Positions 1 to 14,559 of a DNA stretch of 64,000 nucleotides are shown in pieces; within the stretch, counting starts at the first letter, position 1; every line of letters begins with the position of its first letter. This DNA comes from Balanoglossus misakiensis (lineage: Eukaryota; Animalia; Hemichordata). The notes beneath the pieces were generated by a model. It did not search any database and had not been told where the DNA came from. It was given only the letters and a program-made list of their open reading frames with translations. A program made the position numbers and the translations under genes. The DNA lies in contig CM082577.2 in NCBI GenBank assembly GCA_040954595.2, forward strand, positions 8,829,846 to 8,893,845. Reading direction: 5' to 3'.

Positions 1-3000
1 CCGACTCGCGGATATCACCTTAAACAGAAGCGGCAGACCCTGCATACAGTCAGGGTCTGTGCGGTAGCATTTGGGTTATTAAGGGCTCGGCGGGTAGCAG
101 TGCATATATGATTAGAGCAAAATGGTCGAATACTGGTTACAATAAGCCGGATAAACTGTTTTAAAGCTCTCGGGGACGAGACGCTGAGACGAAGACACGT
201 AGACCGTGTCTATGACTCATCGCGCGCATCGTGTGTGCGGCCAATGATTGAGAAAATGCTCGACGTGTTCTATAATCTTGCATACGCTCTAGCATGGCCG
301 GGAACTGAAGTTGTGGTTATTTTTTTTTTTTGCGTGTGCCAAGTCTTTTAGCGGGCAATAAACGTGCGTAGTCAAACGTACATGCTCCTGTGACGTCATG
401 TCAACTGCATATAATCGAGGGAAAACGACTATCACCAGACAAAACGGTATATACATAAGGACTATGTCACGCATCGCATTGCACGCACTAGTAGGGTTTT
501 TTGAAAACACTCTAATATGACACGTATTTGTTTCAAGAAGATGAGATTGCTCTCGATATGTAATCGTAAATCTATAGCCGAGACGCAGAATTCTTCACAA
601 ACAACATCTGGGGTGACCGCATCTATACTAGTATTAAGGGAAATAGAGAAGCGGTTTTGCTATCCCAGATAAAAATGTACAATTAACGGAAATGGATTAC
701 TGAAATGCTGCTCAGGAATCACGTTTGTAGGAATTCACGTCATTCTGACTTTCTTCTTGGCCTTCGCTGGCATCATAGCGTATACGCCAAATTTGGGACT
801 GTTAAACTCCGCCATCCACGGTGGGACGGCGTCCAATTGCGTTCCGTCAAACTACCTCGGCCATGCATGAAATCATAGTTTCGACGATTGCTCGCTTCCT
901 GCCGATTCACAAGTGATTCTCTTGTGTGTAGTGACGATTCCGGGAACTCGAATGTGTCAACAACGATCAAGAAAACTTCTCAAGTTCCATTTTTTTGACG
1001 TTGAACAAACGACGGGTCTTTTGAGACGGACTCATCTTCCCCTTTCAATTTCAATTTCACCGAAAACGTCCGAATGACGATAAGAACAAAAACGAGCACA
1101 TTAGCTCATAACTTCGAATATCTGCGATGATGTGCGACTAGACTAGCAGCAAAAGAAGTAAAGGTTTACATAACATGTGTTAGCAGCATACCAGATCGAA
1201 TCTATGAGTCGATACTGTGATTAATAGTTTCAGTTTTATGTGATACAACCAAACTAAATAATATTGCGCAAGTGTCTCGTGGTTGCGCGATGTTAGGAAT
1301 TCCTCCTCCAGCCTTCTAATTATTTTAATGTTAACCCGACAGGTGGTAGATTAAAACACTAGCACATCTGTTTTGAAACTTTGCTCAAACAAATCCAATT
1401 TATTCACGCAATTTTACGGTCAGATCAGTTTCATTTGAAATAAAAAAAATCAATTTGCTCTGGGATGATTTTCCCAATGCTGTTTAAATTCGAGAGTTAT
1501 TGATTTCTTTCACTGAACTGACGCACCCGCGACGGTAAAATCAAAGTATAAAGTTAAAGCGCGGTAAGGGGTGCATTGGGAGGACGTGCCCCTGACTTGC
1601 CAAGCAAGAGACGGGATCTCGAAAGTTGCGTCACGTTGCGTTTCGGTACGCCGAAGCATATGAACGGAAAATTGAAGAACGGATGGACTGTCGAATGAAG
1701 ATTTCTTACCTCGAGTCGTGCGGTTCCGAATGGCACCTCTCAGGTACGCGTCGAGTTGCAATGCGAACAGTTCCCGTCGGAGCTGCAGACGTAAATATCT
1801 GCAAATGTTCAGCCTGTTTGCCAAAACTTGTTACTTCGTCAACAAGAAGAGCAGCGTTTTGAAAGCCTTCAGTGCGTGCACCATTTGCTTGTGGGTGGTT
1901 CACAAGCCAAACTTCGCCGCAAAGCGCTGAAAAGTCTGAGCATGTTCAAAAAATGGTAGCAATCTTGAACGTTATGCCTACGACTTGGCGATAGCTGTCC
2001 CCTCTACACATCGTGCGATTCTCAATCACCTGTGATGACGCTCGATCCACGCGCCGATAATAATACTGAAGTCTGCTATGCATGTTCTCGGGCCCTGAGC
2101 GAGACGCTGAATGGCCGTTTCAATTTCAGGCCTCGAGACAACGACTTTTTACCCCCCCCCCCCGAAAAACCCCTAGCACAAACTGAAAGAAAAAGAAGAA
2201 GCCGCGTCTTTGAAAGCAGTGAATGCGTACGGGGGTATTTACATGATTAAAAACCCGCAGAGTTGAGCATAAAAGCTCCCATGTATGTCAGCGATATTAT
2301 CTGCACGAGCTTACAACGGCTTGCGGAGAGAAAGTTCTCTGACGTTGCATAGATGAACGTACGTGAACTCCAACGTCGCCCTTTTTTGAAGAAATGAGTG
2401 ACCTAGATTCTTTAGTCTCATGTCCATAACAGCTGACAGGCGTACATGTAAATTAGGGTCGTGAAATCTGGACATGCAGGCAATGCAATGTTGCGTCGTG
2501 TAAACGTTTCGGAATTAGTGCTAAAATGGCGCTTTTTTAATATATATTTATTAAACAACGTGTTGCCACAAAAGATGATATCGTGGTTTTTTAGTTCTAT
2601 AAGGCTCGGTCCCTTGACCTACATGTTTTCCTTTACGCGCACCTCCAACTGACGTCATAATTTATGCAAATGAGAAAGATTACGTTGTATGCAGGAGACT
2701 CTCACTAGTCTCAGGATCATGTTGTCTGTAACATCCCAGAATAAGCTGAGTTAGAACTTGAGACTGACGTAGTTCAGCTTTCGCTGCCCATTGTCAAACA
2801 GATGCATTTGTCAGTGGCATCATTCGGTCCACCGTAAGTAAAACTGTGGTGGTCATAATGCTGGAAACTCTTTTGAAAAGACAAGTTAATATATCCGATA
2901 ATCCGAGTTTTGTTTTGCTTTGCTTTGCATAACAATAGTTAGGTTAAAGCTTTGATTGGTGCAAAATCTCGAAGAAATTACTGCCAGATTTTTGTAACAC

Positions 3001-4517
3001 CTTGCGCCGCGTACCGCCGGCTGGGTTACGGTAAATCTCCTTTGTAAAATTCACCAGTTACTCCTGTCCAGATCATGAAAATCATAGACAGACCGATGCA
3101 GGGGTTCCTGGGGTTTAATTTTCTCTTTGAATGGGTCTTAAGTATTTTTAACTATTTCTCCAATTTTGTTGAACGGACTTCTCATGATTACTACTATATC
3201 AATCACATTTATTTAAAGGTGATCATAATATTTATTTTTAGGGATTTTTACACCGTGCTTGTCTGATTTTTCATGCGAGATAAAGTGTCATGCGCTTTTC
3301 AGAAGTAAATAAAAGAAATAATTATATCTTCGTACTCAATTATCAATGATATATGTAATATATTGTTTTGAAATTTACTGGACTCGCTCATAACATTGAT
3401 TCTGGCGGCAGATTGTCAGAAACAAGAGTTAACAAACAGCATAATCTCACAATGGGATGACCACTCTCTCCAATGCTTGATCTAATGGCTGATCGCTTAA
3501 TGTGCATCCTGCTCAACGATGACAAGCCCAATTACCGTGAACAGGTAAAACGGCACCAGTATGTATACCATGGCGTTACATTTCTTCGAAATGTTAATGC
3601 AATTGATCTCTTCTACACTTCAGCAACGCCATCGGTAAAAGACGACGGGCACTCCACGACGGCAACAGAGATTAGCCGGCGCTACATCACAATGTCAGTG
3701 TGCTCTCACGTAAGACAAAAAAAAACCATCGAGGCGATTTGCAAAGTTCCTAGCGAGGTTTTCAATCGATACAAGTCACAGCTTAGGCGTTTGCTTTGCG
3801 TTCTAAATAAAACAGCTGCGCGCTCTTTGGCGTGTTCACGATTGTAAGCCCCCTTATCACGTGTCAGTTGTGAGTGATTTACGGGAGGTAAAGGCGCTTT
3901 TAAACGGGATAATAAAACCTAAGCACAAAAGACACGCACGTGAAACTAAAGCCTTTGTCACGATTCTTAGACATGGAATTTCGGTACCATCATTTTGCAG
4001 TCGTGTACAAAGCCACTTTGTTTCTGGGCGAGAAAATACGTTATTGCAACATAAGTTGAGCCGAATTGCCATTGTACGACTTTTATCATGGACACAGTGT
4101 TGTACTAGTATATGTATTTGTAGTGACGTTCGTACTGTACTTATTGCTGCAGATGGTACAAAAATCTATACATGCACCGAAAGCAGTACACGCAGCCAGT
4201 CCTTTTGTATAGAGTCAAGAATTTGACGGGAAAGTGATTTTCCCAGATGTGGAATGCGAATGTCACACAACAGTTTTTCCTGAAGTCGTTTAACTGAAGA
4301 TAGTTTGAAAATCTCTCTTGTCAGTGTAATGGTAACGGCGTTATTAAATTGTATCAATACTTCGGGAAAGGTGCGTGTACATATCGTCGACCTTTGATGA
4401 ATGTCGAATGGGGTTAATGATGCTCGCAATTGCTTCACTCGGTCGAAGTGTCGTCCCCATTTGCTTTTGTTTGAAGCTCAACAATCTATGTGTTATTCAC
4501 CCGTACATACATACATA

Positions 4518-4942
4518 GAATGAAGTGGTCAAGAAGCACCAACTCTTGGACACAATGTTCTTCAATGCAAACTAATTTTATTTCCGACGTTTCGTGGGAT
4601 TAATCCCACTTCATCAGGGTAAAAACTGAAATAAACGAGACAAAGCGTAAAAGTAACAAATAAATGATATAAAAATGGTGTAAAATAAGAGGTTTAAACT
4701 AAAATACGCCCAAAATGAATAGGAGGTAAAGTAACACGTACTCACTTGCCGAGAGCCAAAGTGGAACTGACAGAGGTTTTGAATGTATGGTAGGTGTTAC
4801 GTAAGACTGACCAGTTGGGGTGATTTACATAAAATGCGGGAAAATTATGATGTGTAAATTACCTAGTGACTAAAAATAGCTGGAGTGTATACAGAAAGCC
4901 AAGCTGGGAGGGACTGTTGTAACAAAAACTTGAAAAAGTAAA
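4518..4942 (-). mobile_element. Penelope-like retroelement terminal-repeat (pLTR) fragment inserted in a (CATA)n tract
   Basis: Contains a minimal hammerhead followed by AATAAA and an upstream AAGTGAGTA donor-like site (~4739-4747). CATA repeats lie on both sides (4504-4517 and 4943-5165). Confidence 0.6.
4576..4625 (-). ncRNA. Minimal type I hammerhead ribozyme (Penelope-type)
   Basis: The minus strand reads UUUUUACC-CUGAUGA-A-GUGGGA(UUAA)UCCCAC-GAAA-CGUC-GGAAAUAAAA: both core boxes, a perfect stem II, a palindromic ACGU stem III and a GUC triplet. Stem I is imperfect. Confidence 0.75.
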
Positions 4943-5135
4943 ATACATACATACATACATACATACATACATACATACATACATACATACATACATACAT
5001 ACATACATACATACATACATACATACATACATACATACATACATACATACATACATACATACATACATACATACATACATACATACATACATACATACAT
5101 ACATACATACATACATACATACATACATACATACA

Positions 5136-5165
<30 letters not shown>
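4943..5165. repeat. (ATAC)n microsatellite, about 55 units
   Basis: Perfect tetranucleotide array. Confidence 0.99.
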
Positions 5166-5166
<1 letters not shown>

Positions 5167-7809
5167 CATGTCAGAACTAACTAATAATCCACGCAAGCCT
5201 TATTATTGTGACAATGTACAACACTTCGCACATGGGAGACGAATATATTGTGATTACTTGCGTGTACTCTGCCACATCTGTGCTATTTTACCACTTACCG
5301 GCTTTCATTAATTATTTACACGATTTTTTTTGTAAACCCTTTTCTTGCCGTTTCGGGACATAATTCAAAAGCCGTGATTGTCTGAAGCATTCGGGTGTAT
5401 TTAGCTAGCGGATATATTGTAATAATCGGTTGTTTATGCTCAATGAGTGGCAGCCCGGTCATCAATCATAAGCAAAGGGGGAACTTCAGCGCGTATAGGG
5501 TTAATTAAGTTGAAATTACTCTTTCGTTTTATACTGTTGTAAAGACGTTTCCACACTCTTAGCATCTCTGTTTACGAATGATTTTCCTCATTTGTGATAA
5601 AAAGACGCTTTCACGGTAATCTTCGATTATCGTGCCGTTTGTACGGGTGCCTTAGTTTTTAATGGGCGTTTAGAGCAATTCGTAACATTTAGTCAGAGCT
5701 GTATGTACATGTTGGGTAACGCGACAAAGGGTCCTGTTCACTGTGACCTGCGTGGGCAGCGATACTCACAACAACCTCTTAGCTTCTTCAGGCAGGACTT
5801 TAATCCACCTGAATTATTTGAATTACGGGCCCGATACTCTTCGCGAATAATAAAACCGGGACGGCGGCGATAATTTACCGAAGAGGCTCCAGGTCGACTT
5901 CGCCCCGCTGCGAAATTGGTATTGATTTACTAAAAGTCTTCTTTTTTAACGACTTGGTCTTTCAGTCGACCTCGACGTCAACGATTGGCTGTCAAAGCCC
6001 GAATGCTCAAGCAGAAAGCCGCCTAAGCTTTAGAAAGGCGAACGATTCATTCTGCAGCACACGCAGACCACGTGACATCAGCGTTTCAATTAAGATATAT
6101 GCCCAGGGTGGTTCTTTTATTGAGCGAAGTGGATTTATTTCTTATCCTACTCCAAACCAACGGAAAATCAATTTACTTAAAAAATCTTTTAAAAGGGACG
6201 GTCTTCACGGTTGATTTTAAACCTCCATCCAAGGTAGTGGAAGAGGCTGTGAGTTAACGGTTATACGTGGGGTAAGGGTTCGCTATGAAATATCGAGGAC
6301 AGATATGCAAAACAGACAGTGCATAATGGAAAGAGACGATTTGCTGGAAATACAACCGGTGTGGGCATTAAGTTTTCGGGTTTACCACAAAGTTTAATTC
6401 TGCAACTTATGAGCGTATGAAAAGTAGTTCAATGGCCACTTGTTGCCTCCACCTGAGCCATTTTGAAACATTCATTGTGGTGTGGTGTGGTGTGGTGTGC
6501 CATTAATACTGTCACTTTTCATTTACCGTAAATGAATTTTAATAATTATAAAAGTGATACGTATTTTAACGATACTAAAGCAAAGGATGAATCGATCTGT
6601 CTGGTACAGTGTACACATGTACATCTGCAGTCTGTTAGAATAACAAGGCTTTGCGTTGTACAGCCACCGAGTGGAGATAATTAGTGAATCATTTTCAAGT
6701 TGGTAATGGGACAATCAGTACACGGTCGCAACTGGTGTCCATGCAGTTATTGCAACACGGATAATGAGGGGAAAAATTGTCCCTCATGGACAACTTCCTC
6801 GCTCGGATTGCTTCTCATGTGGCGATTGCGGTTTTCTCGTCTTAGCAACGTTTTCATCGTGGGACTCCGCCAAGTTAATAGTCCGAGTTGTGTTCCAGCA
6901 TCATTTCAATCATCCCCGTATTCCGGGAATTCCGACGGGTTGCTAGGCTGTAGCCATAACAACGGCGTGAACGCGCATCACTGGCGGCGAGTTTGCTATT
7001 AGGAGCACGAGGCATGTAGACATATACATGTACAGTGTGGAATGGTGGAGGTATGGTATGGCTCGAACATATACATCAACGGCATCAAATACACTTTCGG
7101 GTCTTAGCCCAGCACTACACATTGTCGTGAAACAAACCAGACGTCTTGTAATTACACGCATAACTTATAACGCCGGGACATGTTTCGTCAATTAATTTAT
7201 TCATATACTTTGCATAACTGCTATTTGATGTGACTGTTCATATTTGATTGATGCGCGCTACTTGGAAAACATTAACTCCTTAACCCTTCGTCGTTATCTA
7301 TTTCCTTTAGAATGTTAGATTGAAAGTATCAATCTATTACGCCGACATAAAGTGAAGTGTTGTTTCAGACGCGCCCGGTGTTTCTTAAGTTATTCCGTTT
7401 CGTCTGCCTTCAGAAATTTAAAAGCAATCTTCGCTCAAGACAATTAGTTGACGTCACCCTTTCGCAGAAAGGCTTTCTTATATCCCTTAACGAGAAGCGG
7501 TTATTCTCAATTGCTGCGTTGCAGAAAAGAAACATCTCTAGGAAGCTCCCAGTTATAACGATGGGGCGGAGGGGGGGGGGGGTGAGCGCGGAGGGTTAAG
7601 ATCTTAATGTTGACAATGTACATCTATTATTAAGCAGTCGCTTGAGGCGGGGGTCATTATTTTGAGAGGCAAACGATCAGAGAAATCACAATAAAGAAAA
7701 ACACATCATTGGCTGGATGAAATTGTGCCTGTCTATGGTAGTCAGTGCATTTTCAAATACACTGAACACTCGTAGGATTTTATCCATTTTGAGTTGTATA
7801 TTTAATGTC

Positions 7810-7994
7810 AGGTATACGGTCACCTATGGAAATTTAACTAAAGTTACCATGGTAAACTTGAGATCTAGCCAATCACGGATTTTAAGTGGGTGGCACACGC
7901 GAAAAAAGAGCGCCACCATATGTTCTTTAGAATGCTGAAATACTCTATTTCAGCCATATATGGGCGTATGTAAATTGGAGGTGACTGTATACCT
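7810..7994 (+). mobile_element. MITE family B (TIR AGGTATACRGTCACCT, TTAA end; Kolobok-like)
   Basis: AGGTATACGGTCACCT...AGGTGACTGTATACCT-TTAA; homologous copies at 14385 and 36342. Confidence 0.75.
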
Positions 7995-10900
7995 TTAACA
8001 TAACCAACGAACGATCGCGTTTGCCCCGTGAATAAAATTCCTCCTTCAAATACAGTGCGCTTGGCTTTAGGGGGATGTACCTTGTTTCGCAAAAATAAAG
8101 GTTAGTTGTAAATCGACATACTCTACTTAAAGAAAGAAATTGGAACAGTCTATATGTTTAAATATATTGAAATGCATTCGAAACTTTTTATATAGTAACT
8201 TCTAGCAGTATTATACAGAACATGGCGCCCAGGGCACAACATTTCTCTGAACGTGCCTTTACATCAAACGTTTATGCGTAACGACATTTGCTTCAGCAAG
8301 ACGAATGCGCTCAAGGGGTCACAAGTGCTCACTGAAATGAGACGCAGTCCATTTCAACGCAGCTGTGTCACGCAAATACAGTCTTACTTTTAAAAAGAAC
8401 GACAAAAACGACAAATACATTAAATGTGTATCTCAAATAGCAACTATGGTACTTAATGCGTAAATTTTAGTATATTTGACAGACTAAGGCATGTCCAATC
8501 TGCAATGACTTTTGAGATAAAAATCGAAAATAGTATATTTGATCATGCCCCAAAACTGACCTTGTAACGATTCAATACAAAAACAGCATATGTGCCAAGT
8601 GAAACTTCCTGAACAATGTCAGCAAATTCTATTTTGACATTCCTGTCAACAGCTTACAGTGCACACAAATCGACCCCCATTAGATTCCAAGGATTGGAAA
8701 TCGACAAATCTCCTACTATTTATAGCCTATTTGTTGCTTTTAAAATATGAACTGTGATATTTATGCAACATCAACAAAAAACTTACAGATTACATGCAAG
8801 GAATATTGGTGCAGGACATCAACGTTTTACTAATAGAGGGCGGGTCACCAAACATCTTTTTATGGCGATAAGTTTCTTTCGGAAACGAAGAGGAATTTGC
8901 CATGCATTTCAGGATAAATGAAGTCAACGTTCCCCCAAACTATGGACATATAGGCATTTTCTTCGGGCGATCTAATTTAGTTTTTTTTGCTCACTTTGAC
9001 GTAATAACGGAATGTCGTGAACATCATCAGTCGATTTGGTAATTGGACTGTGGATAAAAAAACAGAGGGATGTCAAAAACACACAAAATAATTACAAGTC
9101 CCTGAGATCACTGAAATGAAGTTCGCGACCGGTTGCACTGGTCGCCACCCACGTCTGCTGGTTTTTGCTCAGGGAAGCCTTTTTCGATTTTTACTAGTTT
9201 GATGTTTTCGAGAGAATGTCTCGAACAAATAATTGATCTCGGCTGGCATTCATTTTGGCTTGTGTACATGTTTTGCGTAATTATTTATTTTCGCCACTGG
9301 CGCTGACCGACTGACGAACACATCTTACACAAGAGCCCGACAAGAGAGAGCTTTAGACTTCTGATAACAGAGTGACTCTCCTTCAACTCTTCCTTGCGTT
9401 TCTATATTCTGTGCTTTCTATAAAAAATGCGTGCGTACTTGCTTCGATGGGTGTAAAGAAAAGGGGATATTCAGATATCTCTTGAAAATAAATGAGAAAT
9501 CGTAACATTATTCAGAATCGATGTAATTATCGCAGGGTTGTGTCCTACAAATTCGACAGATGGTGCGAATTTGATGGTGCATCAAACGTTCTGCATCTGT
9601 CTTTGTCGATGATTACAGCGATCATCTTGAAGTCGCAGATGCAACCGTTGAGAGTCATCAAAGTGTCCACACACACAGAAAATACTGTGTTTTCATCAAA
9701 AATAGACGATATAAATAGCTGGTATCCATGATTTTGAAGTCACGCACTTCTCTAATCAAGGACAGTATGATAAACTCGCGGTCAATATTTTGGATAACAG
9801 CTGTAATGCAGTTAATTGGAACTTCTTCAGTGTATTTCTGTTTTCGGACTTGTCACTGACCAGTCATTTGCATATGAAGGGTATTCTGCTGAAATGACCG
9901 TGTCACCCACTCACTGTCACAGCTGTGGTATAATATTAGCTGAACAAGACTATTGCCTGTTTCAGAAACGAAACATTGGGTTATTACAGAGAGTCGGGGC
10001 TTTTGCTTCTAACACTGTACGAGACACACCCATGTCTGCAAAGGTGTGACGTGCACGACTCAATCGATAATATGCCGCACAAAGAAACATCTTACAAGCA
10101 CTTCCGAAAGCGTACTGAAAAGACTACATTCTGTACAAAGCGCGGTTTTTGTTGACTGTCGCTTGCTGTTTCGTTTACTGGGCGGCTGGCATAAAAGCTG
10201 TAATACATCATTTTCAGACTGTCAAACACTGAACGCTCTGATGAAAAGACGTCATTTTGTATTTGTCATCGGAGAAAGGGGCCGTTATTTCAGATCACTT
10301 AAAGATAATTGTAGCAGGAGAAACATACGGTTATTAGTAGGAATTTCTATCACTTCTGCGATTTGGTTTGTTAATACTGGCTAAATCGCCAGAATGAAAA
10401 AGATAAGTTACCATTCTACTTTTGACTGAGACCTGGAATAAAATTGCCTTTTCGGCGAAAAGCGAGGCGATTTTACGGTTTCAGCTTTCTCAATGACGGT
10501 ACAAATGAGGAAACCGAGTTTGTGTATGGTGAGTATTTAATGAAGGCATTGTGGGGCGTTGTGCGAAGCAGAGCATTAGTCTTTGGCAAAAGAAAGAATT
10601 GAGTGATGAGATTGACTTGCTGCGTTAGCGACTGCGCACGCGCAGAGAAAGGTATTTCATTCCCTGCATCATCAATGATCATATTCTTTCACCGATTGTT
10701 TCAAAATATAAATGCGCAAGAGCAAATATTTCTTATAGATGAGGTAAGATGGGAATGCCTACCGGTCGGCCATTTTAGTAAGCCTACTAACTTGTCATCA
10801 TTGTTTTTCGGACAAGAATAATATCATTGCGTAGGATTTGTAGCATTGGAATATAAGGCCCTTCGTCATTCCTTGTTGCCCAAAACGCACTTGTTTTGAA

Positions 10901-13900
10901 ATCATGTCTCACGATCGTCTTAATTTTCCTATAACTTTTTTTATCTTTAATGTCAAACCACTGTTCATATCCAGTTCATGCCAAGATTTTGCGTAATATA
11001 TATATAACAGAAACAGAAAAGACAGTCATACTACCCGGGAATTCAGTCTTAACACTCGTAGATAAAAACTAGTATTGAAAAGATGATATCATCAACACTA
11101 GTTTGACCGGATTTTCTAAAGATTGTTTAAGCGCGAAAATGTCCAAGGAATTAATGTCTGGACACAAGTAGTAGACAGTCCATTTACCTGATGTGTTTTT
11201 AGGTCGCGGGCGTTGACATCGTTATTCCTGGTTCGACAACTAGCATGTGCTTGTATAGATCTTTGTTTGACAAGCGCTTTAACTCCTTCAAGAATTGATT
11301 TCGCTTCTCCGACACTGCGCATCAAAATCCATTAGCTACCAAGAAAAGATATCCGAAGAGTACACGATGTTCTAGAAAAAAATGGCTTTCCCGAATAACA
11401 AAAACGATGGCATCTTTCATGTTAAGTGAGTTCTGCGCCAATAAAAATCAATACTCGCTGATGTATATTTTCCATTGTTGATTAAGCATCGGGGATCGTT
11501 TTACTTATTGATCAAAACGATTTTTACTCAAACTCCCGCGCTTCACAGAAGTCTCCGCGGATGAAGCCCCGCGCTATCGCTCATCGCGTCGGAGATAAGC
11601 CAAAAACTTTGTCGGTTTAACGTGGGTTGGGACTCGTCTCCGTGATATGGTGCCCCGCACTCATGAAACTTTCATGCTCAAACATTTATTTGTATCTGAA
11701 AAAACCGTCGTTCAGAATCTCTTTAGAATTGTATGCGCCGAAAAACCAGCGCCCTAATTGTGTTTCGAGCTTGCCTTACAAGGAAAACCAGCGTGAAGTG
11801 GTTTTTCGCATTTTCCTTTCCGACAGCAAATCTAGGCAAGTTTTATTTTCTCTTTATCAACGAGGCAATGCAGATGTTTTAATCTTTTCTTTTCTAAACA
11901 CCATTCCATGCAATCTGTAGTCTTCAAAAGGACGATCATTATCGATTATTATGAACGTGAGCATACATCTTACGTAAATATCTCCAACATATTTTGCGCG
12001 GAAACATGGAAACACGCTGAATAGATAAAAGGACATTTTCAATAAAAGAAAGTTTTTTGAAAGAGGCCTGAGTCGATATAACTGCACGGGCTCGACAAAA
12101 GAGAGAACGCAATATTTTATTGCAAACGACGCGACGCCGGCCTGTGGAATAGACGCTATCATATCCCGCTGTCGTATCCATGGCAACCGATTTCTTTTCT
12201 GTGCACGTGATGACTCTGTGCAGAATGTGGACCGGTGCTTTGTCTATGGACATGGAGTGGTAATAAACACTGACAGGCGCAAAAATCTTCCAAAAGACAA
12301 TTTTGCGGGACATTCTTGGCTTAAATTATGTTCCAGCATACAGAGTGAAAGCTACATCAAAATGTATCCCATATTGCTTTAAGGGTTGTTTCACGGTAAA
12401 CTCAACTTCAATGCAATATGCACACCAATTTGTAAAAAAAATGCTTGTCAGTGACTTTTTGTAAAATTGTGAATGTGTAGGCGTATCAAATTATCACATT
12501 TTCAGCTTATTTTTTAATTTCACATTTCCCCAATTTTGTGTTATATTCCCAGAAAATATCCTACAAATTTCAAGCCATACATGTATATTACTTTTTTTCT
12601 ATCCTGAGCAAGATGTCTCTCACATTGAAAGAATTTGCTTCAAAACAACCTTTCTAACCTTAACCGTCACAGACGAATGACTTGCTATTAGACCTATTTC
12701 TCGCCGTCGTGAAGAATTATAACAGCCTTGTATTGAAACAACCGGCAGATTAAGAAAGCGTTAGGCAGGAAGCTAATGATAGCACTTACACAGGTAACCC
12801 ACAGGTAACAGATTGGATCAAAAGTATCCATTATCTCTATACCATGGGCCGTTATCTACCAATGAAACAGCTTCTGGGTTGAAACCCATTCCAATGCAAC
12901 AGTTCAATTGGACTACATTCAGTCTGATTCTCGTTGAGTTCGGAAAATGGTCTATTGGATATATGTATATATGTACATGGGCTTCGGACATCGTGACAAT
13001 TTTCAGTTGCGTTTTGTTTTCAGCTGCATGCATTATCCCACGTGCATCTTTAACAATATAATTGGAATATCTCCATATCTTCTATCCCCAAGTTACTGCC
13101 CTTTATAACCAACGGGATGTTGTCTCAAAATGAAGGAAAACATATAATCATTGGGCAATTCCACAAGGATGTATGGCGATTCTATTTGAGGTATTCAGTG
13201 AAAAGCAAATGACATCATACACACCATGAGATCTGATTGGTACCAATCGACTCGTGACTGTTTTGTGTTGAAGAGGTCGTCTTGACGTATTTAAGATCTC
13301 CGTGCGTTGCCATAATTAGTCCTGATTGTGTCACTGGCGCAAATAAAAGTAACTTCAGCGTTCGACAGAGTGGAAAAACAACAACTGCAAGTTGTTTGTT
13401 TCACTCACTCTCTCCTGCGAAGTGTCACCCCCTGGGTCTCCTAAGCGACGGAACGCACTTATTTTGGAACTCACTTTTATCTGTGCACGTTTGTACATTC
13501 TATCGATCATATCACTGGCTGGCGTATAAATAAGCAAACTTGCGAAACGTTTATTTGATTTCGGATTGTAAATCTAACATGTCTCATATCGATTCCGCTG
13601 GAACTATGCCCTGTCTTGCTTCCGTGAAGGCTGCAGACATTTTTCCCCGGGTGAATATACTTTATTATTCAAACGCGGTGGAAAATTGATGAATCTTTGC
13701 GAAGTGACACAGGTTAGAATCTATATTCTTGAAATACATTTTACCCCTTTAGTTGTTACACTTAACCCGTGTATGACATCAATCCTTCAAAGTATTGCGT
13801 TCATGTGTAGCGCATGACGCCGAGGAAGAACCGGAAATTACAACCAATCAATACTTCAGACGTGTACGTTGCCTAGTCTTATCTGTTGGTGCACAAACAG

Positions 13901-14249
13901 ATCCAAAATCGGGTTTATATTGTATTATGTTCCCCGTGAAGTTAATAAAATCTAATACTACCTTCATATGCACTGTGCGTTTTCCATGTCGGATATACGC
14001 CGTTTAAAGTCGTTAATCTCTGCTATTGCATCGAATTCTGTCATTATAAACGGCAAACAATTTGGAATGGGACGCCATAATTTCAATCAGTTCCCGGCTA
14101 CGAAGGCTACGACCTTATAAAATACAAGGGCTATTAAGCTGTAAGTTTCATTAATGGAATTAATGGAATTTCACTTCATATGACATTTAGTGTACATTTT
14201 TGCATAGGGTCCTCACAACAAACCGAAGACTTTAATATAAATCACATTC

Positions 14250-14559
14250 GGTGTGCTATTTCAAATACACTGGGCGTGTCTAAGTACTCCAATGGCCTTG
14301 TGGTGGCGCTCTTTTTTCGCGTGCGCCACCAACTGAAAATCTGTGGTTGGCTATTTTTGAATTTTCCATGGTAGCATTGGTTACAGGTATACGGTCACCT
14401 ATGTAAATTTTAGCTACAGTTACCGTGGTAAATTGAGATCTAGCCAATCACCGATTTTAGTGGGTGGCACACGCGAAAAAAAGAGCGCCACCATTTGTTC
14501 TTTAGAACACTGAAATGCTCCATTTTAGTCATATATGAATTGGAGGTAACCGTGTACCT
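14250..14559. mobile_element. MITE family B: full copy (14385-14559) abutting an inverted partial copy (~14250-14384)
   Basis: GTGGTGGCGCTCTTTTTTCGCGTG on the left is the near reverse complement of CACGCGAAAAAAAGAGCGCCACCA on the right. Confidence 0.75.

Noticed and set aside
4859-5196. ORFs with (MYVC)n repeats
   Set aside because: They are translations of the (TATG)n microsatellite.
9099-9107. TCCCTGAGA (miR-125-like 5' end); CTAACTTGTGA near 34112 also noted
   Set aside because: Only partial matches with no precursor hairpin; no conserved miRNA was recognised in the window.
10238-10260. Other CTGATGA words (e.g. 10238, 16942, 31882) as hammerheads
   Set aside because: No stem II followed by GAAA.
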